DNA of 54,743 nt from Gekko japonicus (taxonomy: Eukaryota). This document shows, in pieces, positions 1 to 11,559 of this stretch. How positions within the stretch are numbered: position 1 is the stretch's first letter; the number at the start of each line of letters is the position of its first letter. A program made the position numbers and the translations under genes. Under the pieces are notes generated by a model. The model was not told the origin of the DNA. It saw nothing but the letters and a program-made list of their open reading frames with translations, and ran no database searches. The DNA lies in assembly GCF_001447785.1 (NCBI RefSeq), contig NW_015177038.1, forward strand, positions 293,454-348,196. Reading direction: 5' to 3'.

Positions 1-16
1 GGGGTGGGGTCAATAG

Positions 17-300
17 AAGAAGAAGAGAAGAGAAGAGATTGGATTTATACCCCGCCCTTCACTTGGAGTCTCAGAGCGGCTTACAAACTCCTTTCCCTTC
101 CCCTCCCCACAACAGACACCCTGTGAGGTGGGTGGGGCTGAGAGAACTCTGACACAAACTGCTCTTTTTCAAGGACAGCTGTGCCAGAGCTTGTGACTGA
201 CCCAAGGTCACATCAGCAGGTGCAAGTGGAGGAGTGGGGAATCAAACCCGGTTCTCCCAGATTAGAGTCCGCACACTTAACCACTACACCAAACTGGCTC
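17..300 (-). mobile_element. Squam3-like tRNA/CORE SINE inserted into a CR1 3' UTR fragment
   Basis: Reverse complement of TTTGGTGTAGTGGTTAAG...GGGTTTGATTCCCCAC head, CTCAGCCCCACC.ACCTCACAGGGTGTCTGTTGTGGGGAG core and (TCTTC)n tail; same family recurs many times in the window. Confidence 0.85.
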
Positions 301-450
301 TAGTGAGGGCTCCTAGTGTCCTGGCCCCACTGCTGGACCTGATTTCCTGATTTCACCTGGTATTTTTGACCACTGTGTAACAGAGTGTTGGACTGGATGG
401 ACCGTTGGCCTGATCCAGCATTGGCTTCTCTGATGTTCTTATGTTCTTAT
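301..450 (+). mobile_element. CR1 LINE 3' UTR fragment
   Basis: Matches the 3' end of the CR1 at 40668-40890, including the TTCTTATG tail. Confidence 0.85.
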
Positions 451-1171
451 AGCCAACCGCCTGACTTCACCTTCCAAAAAGAGAAATATTTACCCAGAAT
501 TGTCTCTGGTTTGATTCTTGCTGGCATCCATTTTGAGTGGCATTTCAGGCTAGACAATGTCTTATTTCTGTGACTTTTGGAGGTGATATTTGTATGAAAG
601 GTATTCTTTCTTTCTGATGTAAACTACCCTTCTGCGGGAGGAGGGTTCCGACTGCTAACACTAGGAGGTCAGCAAGCAGAGCAAGCAGGAATAAAAAAAT
701 GGGCTTCTAATAAATAAACAAACATGCAGATTTGCAAGCCTATCTCCCATTTTTCTTTGAGGTTTGAATCCATACTTTTGAGAGAGGGTAGAATTAAATA
801 TATCACACAGGGTAAGACTGCATTGACATGAGAGGCTAGCCACCAATTGTTCAAAATCAACTAGACAAACAATACTTGAACAAATAATACTCTGAATATA
901 ATTATTTTGAATTTTGCAAAAGTGAAACCAAGTCTGGTAGTCGTTTCTTCCTGATCTTTGAAAATAAGAAATTATATAATAAAAGTTTTAAGGCATTTTC
1001 ACATCTAGGCAATAATGTATAAGTGCTTTGGGTGGGGTCCATCACTAGAATTTGAACTGCGGTTGCATTTTAGCTTTGTACGATAGCATGAATATCCTCA
1101 TGTCAGATATATTGAAAGTAAGCACAGACACTAAGCCAGGGTATCTCAGTAACACTGATATAGCAATTTCT

Positions 1172-1370
1172 CTGTGTGTGTGTGTGTGTGTAAAGTGCAG
1201 TCAAATCACAGCCAACGTAGAGCAACCCCAGCAAGGGTTTTCAAGGCAAGTGAACAAGCAGAGGTGATTTGCTATTGCTGTCCTCTGCAAAGTCTTTTTT
1301 GATGGTCTCCCATCCAAGTACTGACACAGCATAGCTGCCGAGATCTGATAAGATTGAGCTGTACTATGCC
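1172..1370 (-). mobile_element. 5S rRNA-derived SINE
   Basis: Reverse complement carries 5S-like GATCTCGG..GCTA...AGTACTTGGATGGGAGACC; body CTTGCCTTGAAAACCC shared with the copy at 7205-7410. Confidence 0.7.
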
Positions 1371-1765
1371 ATTCCACGTCTCACTTTCTGAATTGTCAAA
1401 AACTTATAGTAATCCTAAGGGTAGCCTGTGTTAGGGACAAACAAATGTACTCTTTCTCTTTCTTTCCATAGGCTGTCATTATGAATGGTTTTGATGTGTC
1501 GGTGTTTGTTGTTGGCACTGATGATGTGCCTGTTTATTTTACGACATTGGCACACTTGTACAATTTATATGCAATCTATGTGTGCATTGTACATAATCTA
1601 TACACATAAATACACAATACCATTGAAAATCTTTTGATATATAGGAACCTACATGCTTTTACGTTGCCTTAAAAAGGATGTTCACAGCTGCATGCTCTTC
1701 ACCTGAAAACTGCGTGCCAAGCATGTTTGAAATGGTCCATTCAAATCAAAGACCACAAACAGAGC

Positions 1766-2640
1766 TTTATTTGTTTGTTTGTTTATTTAATTAAACTTGT
1801 ATCCCGCCTTCCCCACAAGCAGGCTCAGGGCAGGTTCCATCAATGTTAAAACAATCTACAATAACAATTAAAACCAATTTAAAACAGAATTAAAACAATA
1901 CATTAATCATACAATCATAAAATACCATGCAGAATCTAATTAGTAACTCGGTAGCTAAAACTGATGGTATAGTTCCCAGATGGTTGTCCAAATTCGGGAC
2001 ACTGATGTGTCAGCGAGCTGCCATCTCTTTGCTGTAACGTCTCACGTCCCTTCCTTCTCCCCCCCCCTACCTTGTCTGTTGAAGTGTTTTCTCCATTAGG
2101 CAACTGCTGTAACCAAGGTCGCCAGCTGGTGAGAAGTGGGAGTTATGTCTTCGCGCTCATGCTTGTTTAGCTTTACCCGTGTGAAAGGAACTTGTGTTTA
2201 GGAAACCGGGTGTTACTTTCTCATGTAACTTCGCGCCCTTTCTAATCTCCCCGTTTCCAGCGGGAAGAGCGACCATGAGTCCAAACCTTGTTCAAAATCC
2301 CTTTATTATACCTGTACTGCTGACTAACGTCATTCCAATCAATTCCTGTGTGTTTGTGATCAACCATGTCTTTGAAATAAATCTTGCTTTACTTTTGAAC
2401 GTGGATCTATTCTCATGCTTGGGGATCTAACATGATGAGAGGCCAATCAGAAGTGTGTGTTGGGGGGAATGCCTGCTGCCTCAACTGAAAACCCGGCAGA
2501 AGACCTATGTCTTGCAGTTGCTGTGGAATTGTAATAAATCCAGCAGGACCCTGATCTCATACGGGAGCTCTTTCCACCAGGTAGGGGGTCAGGGCCAAAA
2601 AGGCCCTTGCCCTAGTCGAGGCAAGTTGGACATCCCTTTC
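1766..2640 (-). mobile_element. L2 LINE 3' end, interrupted by a solo LTR
   Basis: Minus strand of ~2480-2625 reads LASTRARAFLALTPTWWKELP (L2 ORF2 C-terminal RAFS..AP..WN.LP-like); (AAAC/AAAT)n tail at ~1766-1790. Confidence 0.7.
2008..2432 (+). mobile_element. Solo LTR
   Basis: TGTCAG...CTAACA termini, perfect 5-bp TSD TGATG (2003-2007, 2433-2437), AATAAA at 2376. Confidence 0.85.
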
Positions 2641-2919
2641 TTATAATCTGATAATGCCTCAAATGCCATCATTTATACATTCAAAAAAAAAGTTGTCAAT
2701 ATTGGGCATATATTTGTGAATTAGTTCTTTAAGAGGCTGGATGGCTATTGTAAAGAGAACGATGTGATCCAGGGAAGCACGGTCTCATACCAGCTGCGGC
2801 AAAGGAAATCTCAAAGCCCTTGTAGTGTCCTTTAAGTCTATAGGATTTATTCTGTTTCAATGACCAGGTGCCTGCATGGATCTGATCGCTTTACATACTG
2901 ATGTAAAATTACTTCAAGG

Positions 2920-3345
2920 TAATCAGACAGCCAAGTGCACAGAAAATATGTATTTCCTATTCAGAGCAAGTTTTCATTTGCTAATTCTCAACCAGCATCT
3001 CATTTAAAGTTCTTTAATTATATCTTTCAATAAGATCCTCTGGTTCTTATTAACAAGTCTCATTTAAGTGTTGTTTTGCCAAACCAAAACTGTTTTTTTC
3101 CTGAAAACATCTCAAGGGAGAACACTTCAGTTAATGAGGATTTTTTTTGCTTCTGGGAGATAGTTACCTGTTGAAGAAACACGTCTGGGAAGCGAAGATA
3201 TTCTGGACTCCTGAAAAGTTAATATTTGAAACAGCTAATGATAGATTCTCAGCAGAGTTATAAACTTGCTTGCAATGGCTTTGATTAGATTGTTTTCAAT
3301 TCCCATCAGGATAATTATCCTAGCTGTTGCTTATCATATAATGAG
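2920..3345. promoter_or_regulatory. Candidate OR promoter/enhancer (homeodomain + O/E-like motif cluster)
   Basis: AT-rich non-repeat DNA with TCTCAAGGGA (3110-3119), TAATGA (3132, 3236, ~3339) and TAATTA (~3015); motif-only evidence. Confidence 0.3.
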
Positions 3346-4634
3346 ATGTTTCATTCACGTTCTAAAATATACACAGATTCCAACTTGTCACATTCTGTGT
3401 GGGAAACCACCTTATTACATACATCATTCACTTTCCCCCCTCTTTGGTCATTTTCTGATTGTTGTTTAAATTGGCATTTTCACCAAATACTTTCTAATTG
3501 CCAACTTTTCTTCTTCTCTCTGTGGATCCATATGGTTCATCTCTGCACATATGTGTGGTAGCACTGAAAAACAATACTTAAACCGAAAGTTATAACTTGG
3601 AAAGTGGATTCAACTTCCACCAGTACTGTACTCATAACTTAGTGCAATAAAGTGTTTTTTGTCTGAATGTGCATTGGTTGCCCAGTTGTTGCAGTTACTG
3701 ATGGCAACAGGAGTAAAGCCTGCCACCCCTTCTTTTCTCTTTCTTGAGGGGTGGCAGAAACTGCTGATAACATTTCCATTACTATAATGGAGAGAATACG
3801 CAACTGGGGCATAGTCCTATGAAACGAGAGCCCCCAAGTACATGACCTCAACATGTGTTCAGTCACCGTGCACAGAAGGGGAATGAGTGGAGTTTGCTGG
3901 CTCCACCCCAACCTCCAAGAGATCACCAGCTAGTGAGCATGGTGACTATATGTTAAGAAAGTGTACCCATGTATGCTCCCTCCCTGTGATCAGTAAAATT
4001 TGGAAAGCAGAATCCCTGATCATGGAGGGACAGCATACAAGCATACACTTTCTCAGTGGGTAGTTAACAAAGAACAACTGCAACAAAGAACACATTGCTG
4101 AATCATCCAATCAAACAACAGCTGAGTATAGGCACAAAAGTTCATTCTTAGCCTTTATTGTATTGAGATGAGGCAGCTCTTTTCATAACAAAATGCTTCT
4201 TTATTGAACTTCCAAACCAAAGACACAGGCTCAATAGGAGCCAATTTATACTTGTAAAAACCACACCCTCCTTAAATAACAACCAGTACCAGCCAGAATC
4301 CTTAATTTGCAGGAACTATTTACAATGTGACTAATGACAGTGCAGCTATTGGGTTATAGTCAACAAATATGATTGGCCGTTACCAGTAACACAGCCAATA
4401 GTCTTAAAGGCTTTTGGAGCATTGCTCAGACTCAAGTTCCACTAGTACATAATAGCCTTTACTGAACCTGGAAGCATAAGAAGGCCTTTGTTCCCTTCCT
4501 AAAACATGACCATGGCCAAGTTCAGCAGTATTTTCTTGAGAGGGAGTTCTGTAAAGGACATCATGCAATGTTGCTCCATCCCCCAGTTTTGTTCCCGCTG
4601 GAGCAAAGAGGCCATCTGGTAATTATACTCCTAT

Positions 4635-4948
4635 TTTGGTGTAGTGGTTAGAAGCACCGACACTAATCTGGGAGAACCGGGTTTGATTCCCCACTTCTCC
4701 ACATACAGCTCCTGGTGTGACCTTGAGTCAGTCACATAGTTTCCTCAGAGCAGTTCTCTCAAGAGCAGTTCTCTCAGAGCTCTCTCAGCCCCACCTACCT
4801 CACAAGGTGTCTGTTGTGGGGAGGGGAAGGGAAATGAGATTGTAAGCCACTCTGAGACTCCTTTGGGTAGTGAAGGGCGGAGTATAAATCCAGTCTCCTC
4901 CTCCACCACCACCTTCTCCTCCTCCTCCTCCTCCTCTTCTTCTTCTTC
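4635..4948 (+). mobile_element. Squam3-like SINE
   Basis: A/B-box head, core and CCT/CTT tail. Confidence 0.85.
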
Positions 4949-5004
4949 AACACCCACTGCTGCTGTAGAATCTGTGGGTGAAAATGGGAGCTGAGCATCA
5001 TCAG

Positions 5005-5217
5005 TAGGGTTGCCAGGTCTGGGTTGGAAAATACCTGGAGACTTTGGGGGTGGATCCAGGAGAGGACGGGGTTTGGGGAGGGGAGGGGCCTCAGCATGGT
5101 ACAATGCCATAAAGTCCATCCTTCAAAGCGGCCATTTTCTCCAGGGTAGCTGATCTCTGTCAGCTGGGGATCAGTTGTAAAAGCAGGAGATCCCCAGGTC
5201 CCACCTGGAGGCTGGCA
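5005..5217. mobile_element. Non-autonomous DNA transposon, TAGGGTTGCCA-terminus family (hAT-like), runs into gap
   Basis: TAGGGTTGCCAG start and ...GCTGGCA before the gap; relatives at ~10208-10718 and 10879-11559. Confidence 0.65.
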
Positions 5218-5505
5218 NNNNNNNNNNNNNNNNNNNNNNNNNNNNNNNNNNNNNNNNNNNNNNNNNNNNNNNNNNNNNNNNNNNNNNNNNNNNNNNNNNN
5301 NNNNNNNNNNNNNNNNNNNNNNNNNNNNNNNNNNNNNNNNNNNNNNNNNNNNNNNNNNNNNNNNNNNNNNNNNNNNNNNNNNNNNNNNNNNNNNNNNNNN
5401 NNNNNNNNNNNNNNNNNNNNNNNNNNNNNNNNNNNNNNNNNNNNNNNNNNNNNNNNNNNNNNNNNNNNNNNNNNNNNNNNNNNNNNNNNNNNNNNNNNNN
5501 NNNNN
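5218..5505. other. Assembly gap
   Basis: N run. Confidence 1.
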
Positions 5506-6263
5506 TACATGCATTGACTGTAACATGAGAATTACTGAATATATGTTATAAACAAAAATCAAGGGTACACAGACAGTACATGCATTCACTGTTACTTGAA
5601 CAAGACTACTGTTGATGAAGAAACAGAGGGATCCAAAACAGCAGAAGGTCATTATTTGCTTAGTGTTACACCTTTGGTCTATAAACTATGTGTTCTGCAA
5701 AGTACAGATGTCCTTCAGAACAGTTTTTATTAGGAAGAACCTCTCCTTAGAAGTGTTAATATAGTCATGTACACAGTTTTTTAAAATCAATTTACAGCTT
5801 TGGGGGATTACCTCCCCACCCCCAGTCATGATAGAATGGTTTCATTGCATACGTGTGGAGACTTCTACCATATTTGGGGGGCAATGAGCAATACAACTGG
5901 AAGCTTCCACACATGTCTTGTTGGGCTTGGCATTTTGAAATCCAGACTGGAATCCAAGCCCACCCAGGATGCAGAAATCCCTTCTGCAGTCTGAGGCAGA
6001 ATCTCGGAGAAAATGTCCAGTTCTGCCAAATCATTTCTAGAGCAAAACCCATCTCTATCATTGATGTTAAGGTTCCACCTTCATGAATGCAAATATCCAT
6101 GGTGGTTTTACATCAGATATATGATAAAGCATAACCAAGCCTTTTAACCATAAATTCATTTTACTTTAGATATATGGTCATATATTTTATATACACTACA
6201 TTTCCTGTTTTCCCCACAAAGGAAACCATGTTTCAGGAGATAATGCAAAGCTATCACAGTGCT

Positions 6264-6720
6264 CAGGGGTAATTTCCTAGAAAAAGAGGTGCAGAAGCTC
6301 ATTTGCATAACTCGTTTTCATATGCCACACCCCCTGACAAAGGGCAGGCATGTTTAAAATGAGTTAAGGCATATGCAAATGAGTTTAAATCCCCCCCCCG
6401 TCTCTCCGCAAAAGCAGAGAAGCTCAGGGGGAAAGGGGCCATGTCTGCCCGCCTCCCCTTCCCCTCTCCAGCCAACCTGCCGCAGAGGGCTGGCTGGAGA
6501 GGGGGAGGGGAGGTGGGCAGACATGCCTGGGTTCCCTGCCCAATCTTCTCCAGGTGCCCCGTGGCTGCAGGGCACCTGGAGAACATCGGGCAGGGAACCC
6601 AGGGATTTAAATCCCCCCCCCCAAGTCTCTCTGCCGGTGGCCAGGAAAGGCGGGGGCGGGACCTGGGCTCCTTACTGCTGGAGCACCACTCCGGGGCGCT
6701 CTGGCAGGAAAGGACCCCTA
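6264..6720 (+). mobile_element. hAT MITE (CAGGGGT...ACCCCTA family)
   Basis: TIRs CAGGGGTAATTTCC / GGAAAGGACCCCTA; 8-bp TSD ACAGTGCT / ACAGTGTT. Confidence 0.85.
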
Positions 6721-7204
6721 ACAGTGTTCAAGTATAATCTGGTGTTTTGTTATATACACAAGTACATTTCCTGTTTTCCCCACAAAGGAAACCATGTTTC
6801 AGGAGATAATGCAAGGATATCACAGTGTTCAAGTATAATCTATAATCTGTTCATTTTAAAGTAATATTGTAAGCCGCTTTGAAAACCTTTCTAGGCTGAG
6901 AGATGGATTTACCGTTCAACTGTGATGCTGTTTTGTTTTGCTTTGGTTGGTTGGTTTGTAATTATACCTGAAACAACTTTATCCCAACCATTCCTTTTTG
7001 TGGATTTCAGTGTCAAAAATTCTTTAGATATTTTGATTGTGCCAATATTTTCCAAATAGTTGATATTCCTCTAGTTGCTCACATATGTAGTTTCTGATTA
7101 TTTGATATGATAGTTAATATTTGACAGGTTTGAATACTGAGATGCAATGGTATTTAGTATTTGTCAGTACCGATAATCGATATGCAGTGGTATATCAGCA
7201 CCAG

Positions 7205-7410
7205 GCCATAAGATAACCCTGGCTAACCCTATTTTGTTAGATCTTGGAAGATAAGCAAGGATGACTCTGGCTAGTATTTGGATGGGAGGCCTCTAAGGAA
7301 TACCAGGGTCATGAGGAGGAGGCAGCCAGTGGCAAACCACCTCTGAACATCTCTTGCCTTGAAAACCCCAAGGGACCACCGTAAGTCAGCTGTGACTTGA
7401 CAGCAAAAGA
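7205..7410 (+). mobile_element. 5S rRNA-derived SINE with RTE/BovB-like tail
   Basis: GGCCATA...GATCTTGGAAGATAAGCAAGG...CTAGTATTTGGATGGGAGGCC...GGAATACCAGGG resembles 5S rRNA; 3' GTAAGTCAGCTGTGACTTGAC resembles the RTE 3' end at ~8170. Confidence 0.7.
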
Positions 7411-7951
7411 AAAGTACATCATCATGTTATGCCAGAATATGCTTGCACTCTGGACTGGAGACAGGTGAGTAGAAGAGTTGTGTGCCCCCCCCTTATGAAA
7501 CGGCCAACTGAGGAGGTCAGGAAGGCCCCCCCTCTCCTGGCTTCCCACAAACTATGAAAAACTGAATTATTCAAGAGGACTTTTCTATGCATGCAATAGG
7601 GTTGCATTGAACAAAATGATCCACAAAGTTACTTGAATAAATTATATGGGACCGTGGCCTATAGTACTGTGTATAGCTTGCTGAAACAGGATCCTACTAT
7701 GTAATTTTTGTATTGTTTAATGTGTCACATTAATACTTATGTTTTGCCTCAGTTCTTTTAGACATCTGGTTGGTTCTACAACCTTAATTCCTACTGCATT
7801 GTTCATTGAATGTCCCATTCTGTTGATTGTATTGACTCACTCCGTGTAATCTGCCTTGAGTCCAAGTGAGGAAGACCGTCAATAAATAACATAAATAAAA
7901 TATATAAAATAGATACCATGGGGTGCTAAAAGGACAAATTCGTGGGTTCTA

Positions 7952-8199
7952 GATAAACTGAGGCTATTGTACTTTGGCCACATTATGAGAAGCCAAGATG
8001 CACTGGGAAAAGACAATAAAATGGAAAGTTGAAGGCAGTAGGAAAAAAGAAAGAATCAACATGAGATGGATGGACTCCATCAAGGAAGCCACGGCCTTCA
8101 GTTTGCAAGACCTGAGTGTGGCTGTTAAAGATAGGGTGTTTTGTAGGTCATTCATTCATAGGGTTGCCATAAGTCAAAGGTGACTTGGCACATAACACA
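7952..8199 (+). mobile_element. RTE/BovB-like LINE 3' fragment
   Basis: Translates KLRLLYFGHIMR...KVEGSRKKERINMRWMDSIKEAT, typical RTE ORF C-terminus. Confidence 0.8.
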
Positions 8200-8599
8200 G
8201 TCTGATATAACTACACTAGTGCAAATGTCCTGGACTTTGATGTCAGTCTACAGCTAGGTCAATTGATTGCTACAAAACAATGGTGAGCTCATTTCCAAAT
8301 AATAATATCTTATTTTGTCCATTACAGTAATGCACACTGTGAACCTACCAGCTGTCAGTATCTGCATAGTGCCCATTGCAGACAAAATAGCAGTCACATG
8401 TATTAGGAGGATGACTGGTTACACATGCTCAAATTATGCAGGGTAGGATACTCTAACTGTAATGTTTGGAAAAGACTCATAAATTCGTCTGTTTTTATTT
8501 CTTTTTCTCTCATGTTATTCCTCCTTTAATCTCACCATCTCCTTTTTTTCTCCCTGACTCTGTCATCAGTATTAGTGATGCAAAATAACAAGTTATTTA

Positions 8600-9066
8600 G
8601 TCTTCAATTAATTACCTCAATGAAGTACTGAATGCTTCTGGGACTGAGAGACACCTCTGAAGTACTTAAGCCACCTTCCAAGTCTCTTCTTATGTCATTC
8701 TACATAACTGAATGAGTAGTAAAGTAATTACTCTGCATGCTGAAGGAACTAATACATTTTCCTGACTTTCTCCCCCCCCAATCATCAGCTCACACCTCCA
8801 TCACTAAACTGTGGGGAAAAACAGCTTTGCCCAATACAGCATACATTCACCAGCTTGTCTTTGGAGGTGTAAGCCTATTTTAATTATTATTTGTAGCATG
8901 CGCAACTGGCACACACTGATAAGGAGTCTTATCAGCTGTTTGGGAGGAAAGAACCAGATGAGCAATTTTTCAGCTCAATAAAGTATGAGCAACACTGTTG
9001 GAGAGAGTGGCTATCGAAGGCAATAAAATCCCTTTCCAGATGCAGAGGTGAAGAATGAAGGTAAGC
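8600..9066 (+). promoter_or_regulatory. Candidate promoter and 5' non-coding exon of the OR at 13352
   Basis: TAATTA motifs (~8608, ~8725, 8881), strong donor AAG|GTAAGC at 9060/9061; matching acceptor CTCTTAG| at 13344, just upstream of the ATG at 13352. Confidence 0.3.
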
Positions 9067-9857
9067 AAACTTTCTGACCACCATTGTTGCTTTTTCCCAG
9101 GACTATAAACACTAGCGAACACCGAAGGAATGAAATCTTAAGATATCTATCAAGATGTTAAATATTTCCCAGTGGTCAGAAAATCTTTTGCTTCAGGGTA
9201 GAGAGAATCACCAGGACGGAGGGGACCTGAAATCCAATACTTTGCCCCTAAGCAAGGTTGTTCATTTATTAATAATCATATTACATACTAAGAACATTCC
9301 AGCATTCTGTTTCCCACAGTGGCCAATCAGATACCACAGAAGCTGGGTATAGATCCCTTAGCCTACCCCAGTGTTGCTTCTCAGCAACAGAGATACACTG
9401 TCTCCTTAGTTCATGTTCTCCATAGTATAATGTGCCACCAGCAGGCAATGCAGCTAACTGAATTCTAAGGTGTATCACACCAAAAAAGTGTCTCTTGAAA
9501 AGTAAGACACAACATAATGGACTGAATCCAGATGCCTGGAACAAATGGGTCCAAGTCAAGCCCTATATGAAGAAGTTGGATCAAGAAAAACAGTGTCACC
9601 ATTAATAATAATAATTCTGATGTGACAATTCTTTCCTGTTCTCCAGTATGGTGAACAGTTGGATTCTGAATGCAAAACCTATCCATCAAGTTTTCCAAGT
9701 AAACATTTTTTAATCTATCACCCCTTATCTATTACCCCACCCTTCCTCCAAAGGGCTCAGTACTGCTTATACAATACTTGCCTCCACAATTTATTACCAT
9801 GAGGCCTCTGTGAGGTAATTTAGGATGAGAGACAGAGAGACCAAGTGAACTGGGATT

Positions 9858-10129
9858 TGAAGAAGAGGAAGAGAAGAGTTGGATTTTTATACCTAGCCCT
9901 TCACTTGGAGTCTCAGAGAGGCTTACAATCTCCTTTTCCCTTCCTCTCCCCACAACAGGCACCTTGTGAGTTAGGTGGGGCTGGAGTTCTGAGAGAACTG
10001 CTCGTGAGAAAACAGCTTTGAAAGAACTTGTGACTAACCCAGGGTCATACCAGTAGCTGCATGTGGAGGAGTGGAGAATCAAAACTGGTTCTCCCTGATT
10101 AGAGTTCACGCTCTTAACCACTACACCAA
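9858..10129 (-). mobile_element. Squam3-like SINE
   Basis: Reverse complement of family head, core and tail. Confidence 0.85.
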
Positions 10130-10207
10130 TTTGAAGTCATTAATGTTTAACCGTAGTCTATGATCCTGATTACTATGCCAAGCCTTCTTTCACTTGGATC
10201 CTATTTA

Positions 10208-10718
10208 CAGTTGCCCACCTGGAGGGGCCAGGAGACCTCCTGGAATTTCAACTGATCTCCAGACTACAGAGATCAGTTCCTTTGGAGGAAGTGGCAGCTT
10301 CAGAGGGCAAACCCTGTGGTATACCATACACTCTTCCACAATTATAATTCCCAGAGTTACAGAGAACAGGAGAGAGCCAGCTTGGAGTTAGTGGTTAGAA
10401 GCACAGGCTCCAATCTGGGAGAACCAGGTTTGATTCTCCACTCTTCCACATGCAGTTGCTGGCATGACCTTGGGCCAGACACAGTTCTCTCAGAGCTCTC
10501 TCAGCCCCACCTACCTCACAGGGTGTCTGTTGTGGGGAGGGGAAGGGAAAGGAGATCGTAAGCCGCTCTGAGACTCCAAGTGAAGGCTGGGGTATAAATC
10601 CTATCTCTTCTTCTCTTTTTTCTTCTTCTCTTCTAGTTGAAATCCCTCCCTCAGTTCTCCCCTTCACAAGCACCACCCCCAAATCTCCAAGCATTTCCCA
10701 ACCCAGAGATGGCAACCT
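10208..10718. mobile_element. TAGGGTTGCCA-family DNA transposon interrupted by a SINE
   Basis: Reverse-complement similarity to 5005-5217; ends ATGGCAACCTA. Confidence 0.55.
10372..10633 (+). mobile_element. Squam3-like SINE
   Basis: Family head, core and TCTTC tail. Confidence 0.85.
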
Positions 10719-10878
10719 ATTAATTCAAAACCCTCAGAATATGGTGAGGCCTGTGTTTAACAAAAGAGTTAGTATTGTTACTTCATTTGACAAAACATTG
10801 TCTTAAAAGTTTTGCTAGATTATTTAGATGTATCGAATCACTGATGGAGGTCCCCTGATTAATCCATCATGGATATTG

Positions 10879-11559
10879 TAGGGTTGGAGACTGGAGAGGG
10901 CAGGGTTGGGGGAGGGGGAGGGGGAGGACCTCAGCAGATATGTGATGCCATAGAGCCCACCTTCTGATACTGCCACTTTCTCCAGGGGAACTGATCTCTG
11001 TAAGTCTGGAAATTAGTCATAATTGTGGACAGGGGTCATTTCCTGCGGGAGCGCACAGGAGCGGAGCTCCGGCAGTAAGGAGCCCAGGGGGTGGGCACAT
11101 GCAACAAGCCCCACCCCCTGCTCCCAGCAGCCCTCAGTTGGGCCACCAGGAGCAAGAAGCAGCCAGGTAAGTTGCAGAGCCCACCCCCATCCCGCCATCA
11201 GGTACAAGCTCTCCCTCCTCTGTAAGGGCAGATCTGTGCATTCCCCCCCCCATAGCTAGCAATCCAAAACAGTCCAGTGGCACCTTTAAGACCAACTTTT
11301 ATTCAGGTACAAGTTCTCCCTCCTCTGTGAGGACAGATTTGCACTCCCCCCCCCCAATAGCTAGCAATCCAGAACAGTCCAGTGGAGCCTGAGCGGTGGG
11401 TGTTGCCTTCTGACACACTTCCGGTGATGTCAGGGGTGTGGCATATGCAAATAAGTTATGCTAATAAGTTATGGTAATGAGCCCCTGCACCTCTTTTTCT
11501 ATGAAATAACCCCTAATTGTGGAAGATCTCCAGGCCCCACCTGGAAGTTGGCAATCCTA
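10879..11559. mobile_element. TAGGGTTG-family DNA transposon interrupted by a hAT MITE
   Basis: TAGGGTTG...GGCAATCCTA termini; body similar to 5005-5217. Confidence 0.6.
11030..11515 (-). mobile_element. hAT MITE (same terminal family as 6264-6720)
   Basis: TIRs CAGGGGTCATTTC / GAAATAACCCCTA; perfect 8-bp TSD ATTGTGGA. Confidence 0.9.

Noticed and set aside
1448-1472. Strong splice-acceptor-like tract
   Set aside because: No supportable exon or ORF follows
4165-4510. LTR-like block with CCAAT boxes and reverse AATAAA
   Set aside because: No clean termini or TSD
4795-5652. Long ORFs spanning N runs (also 12568, 40205)
   Set aside because: Artefacts of assembly gaps
7205-7310. 5S rRNA gene
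   Set aside because: Diverged and fused to a SINE body and tail
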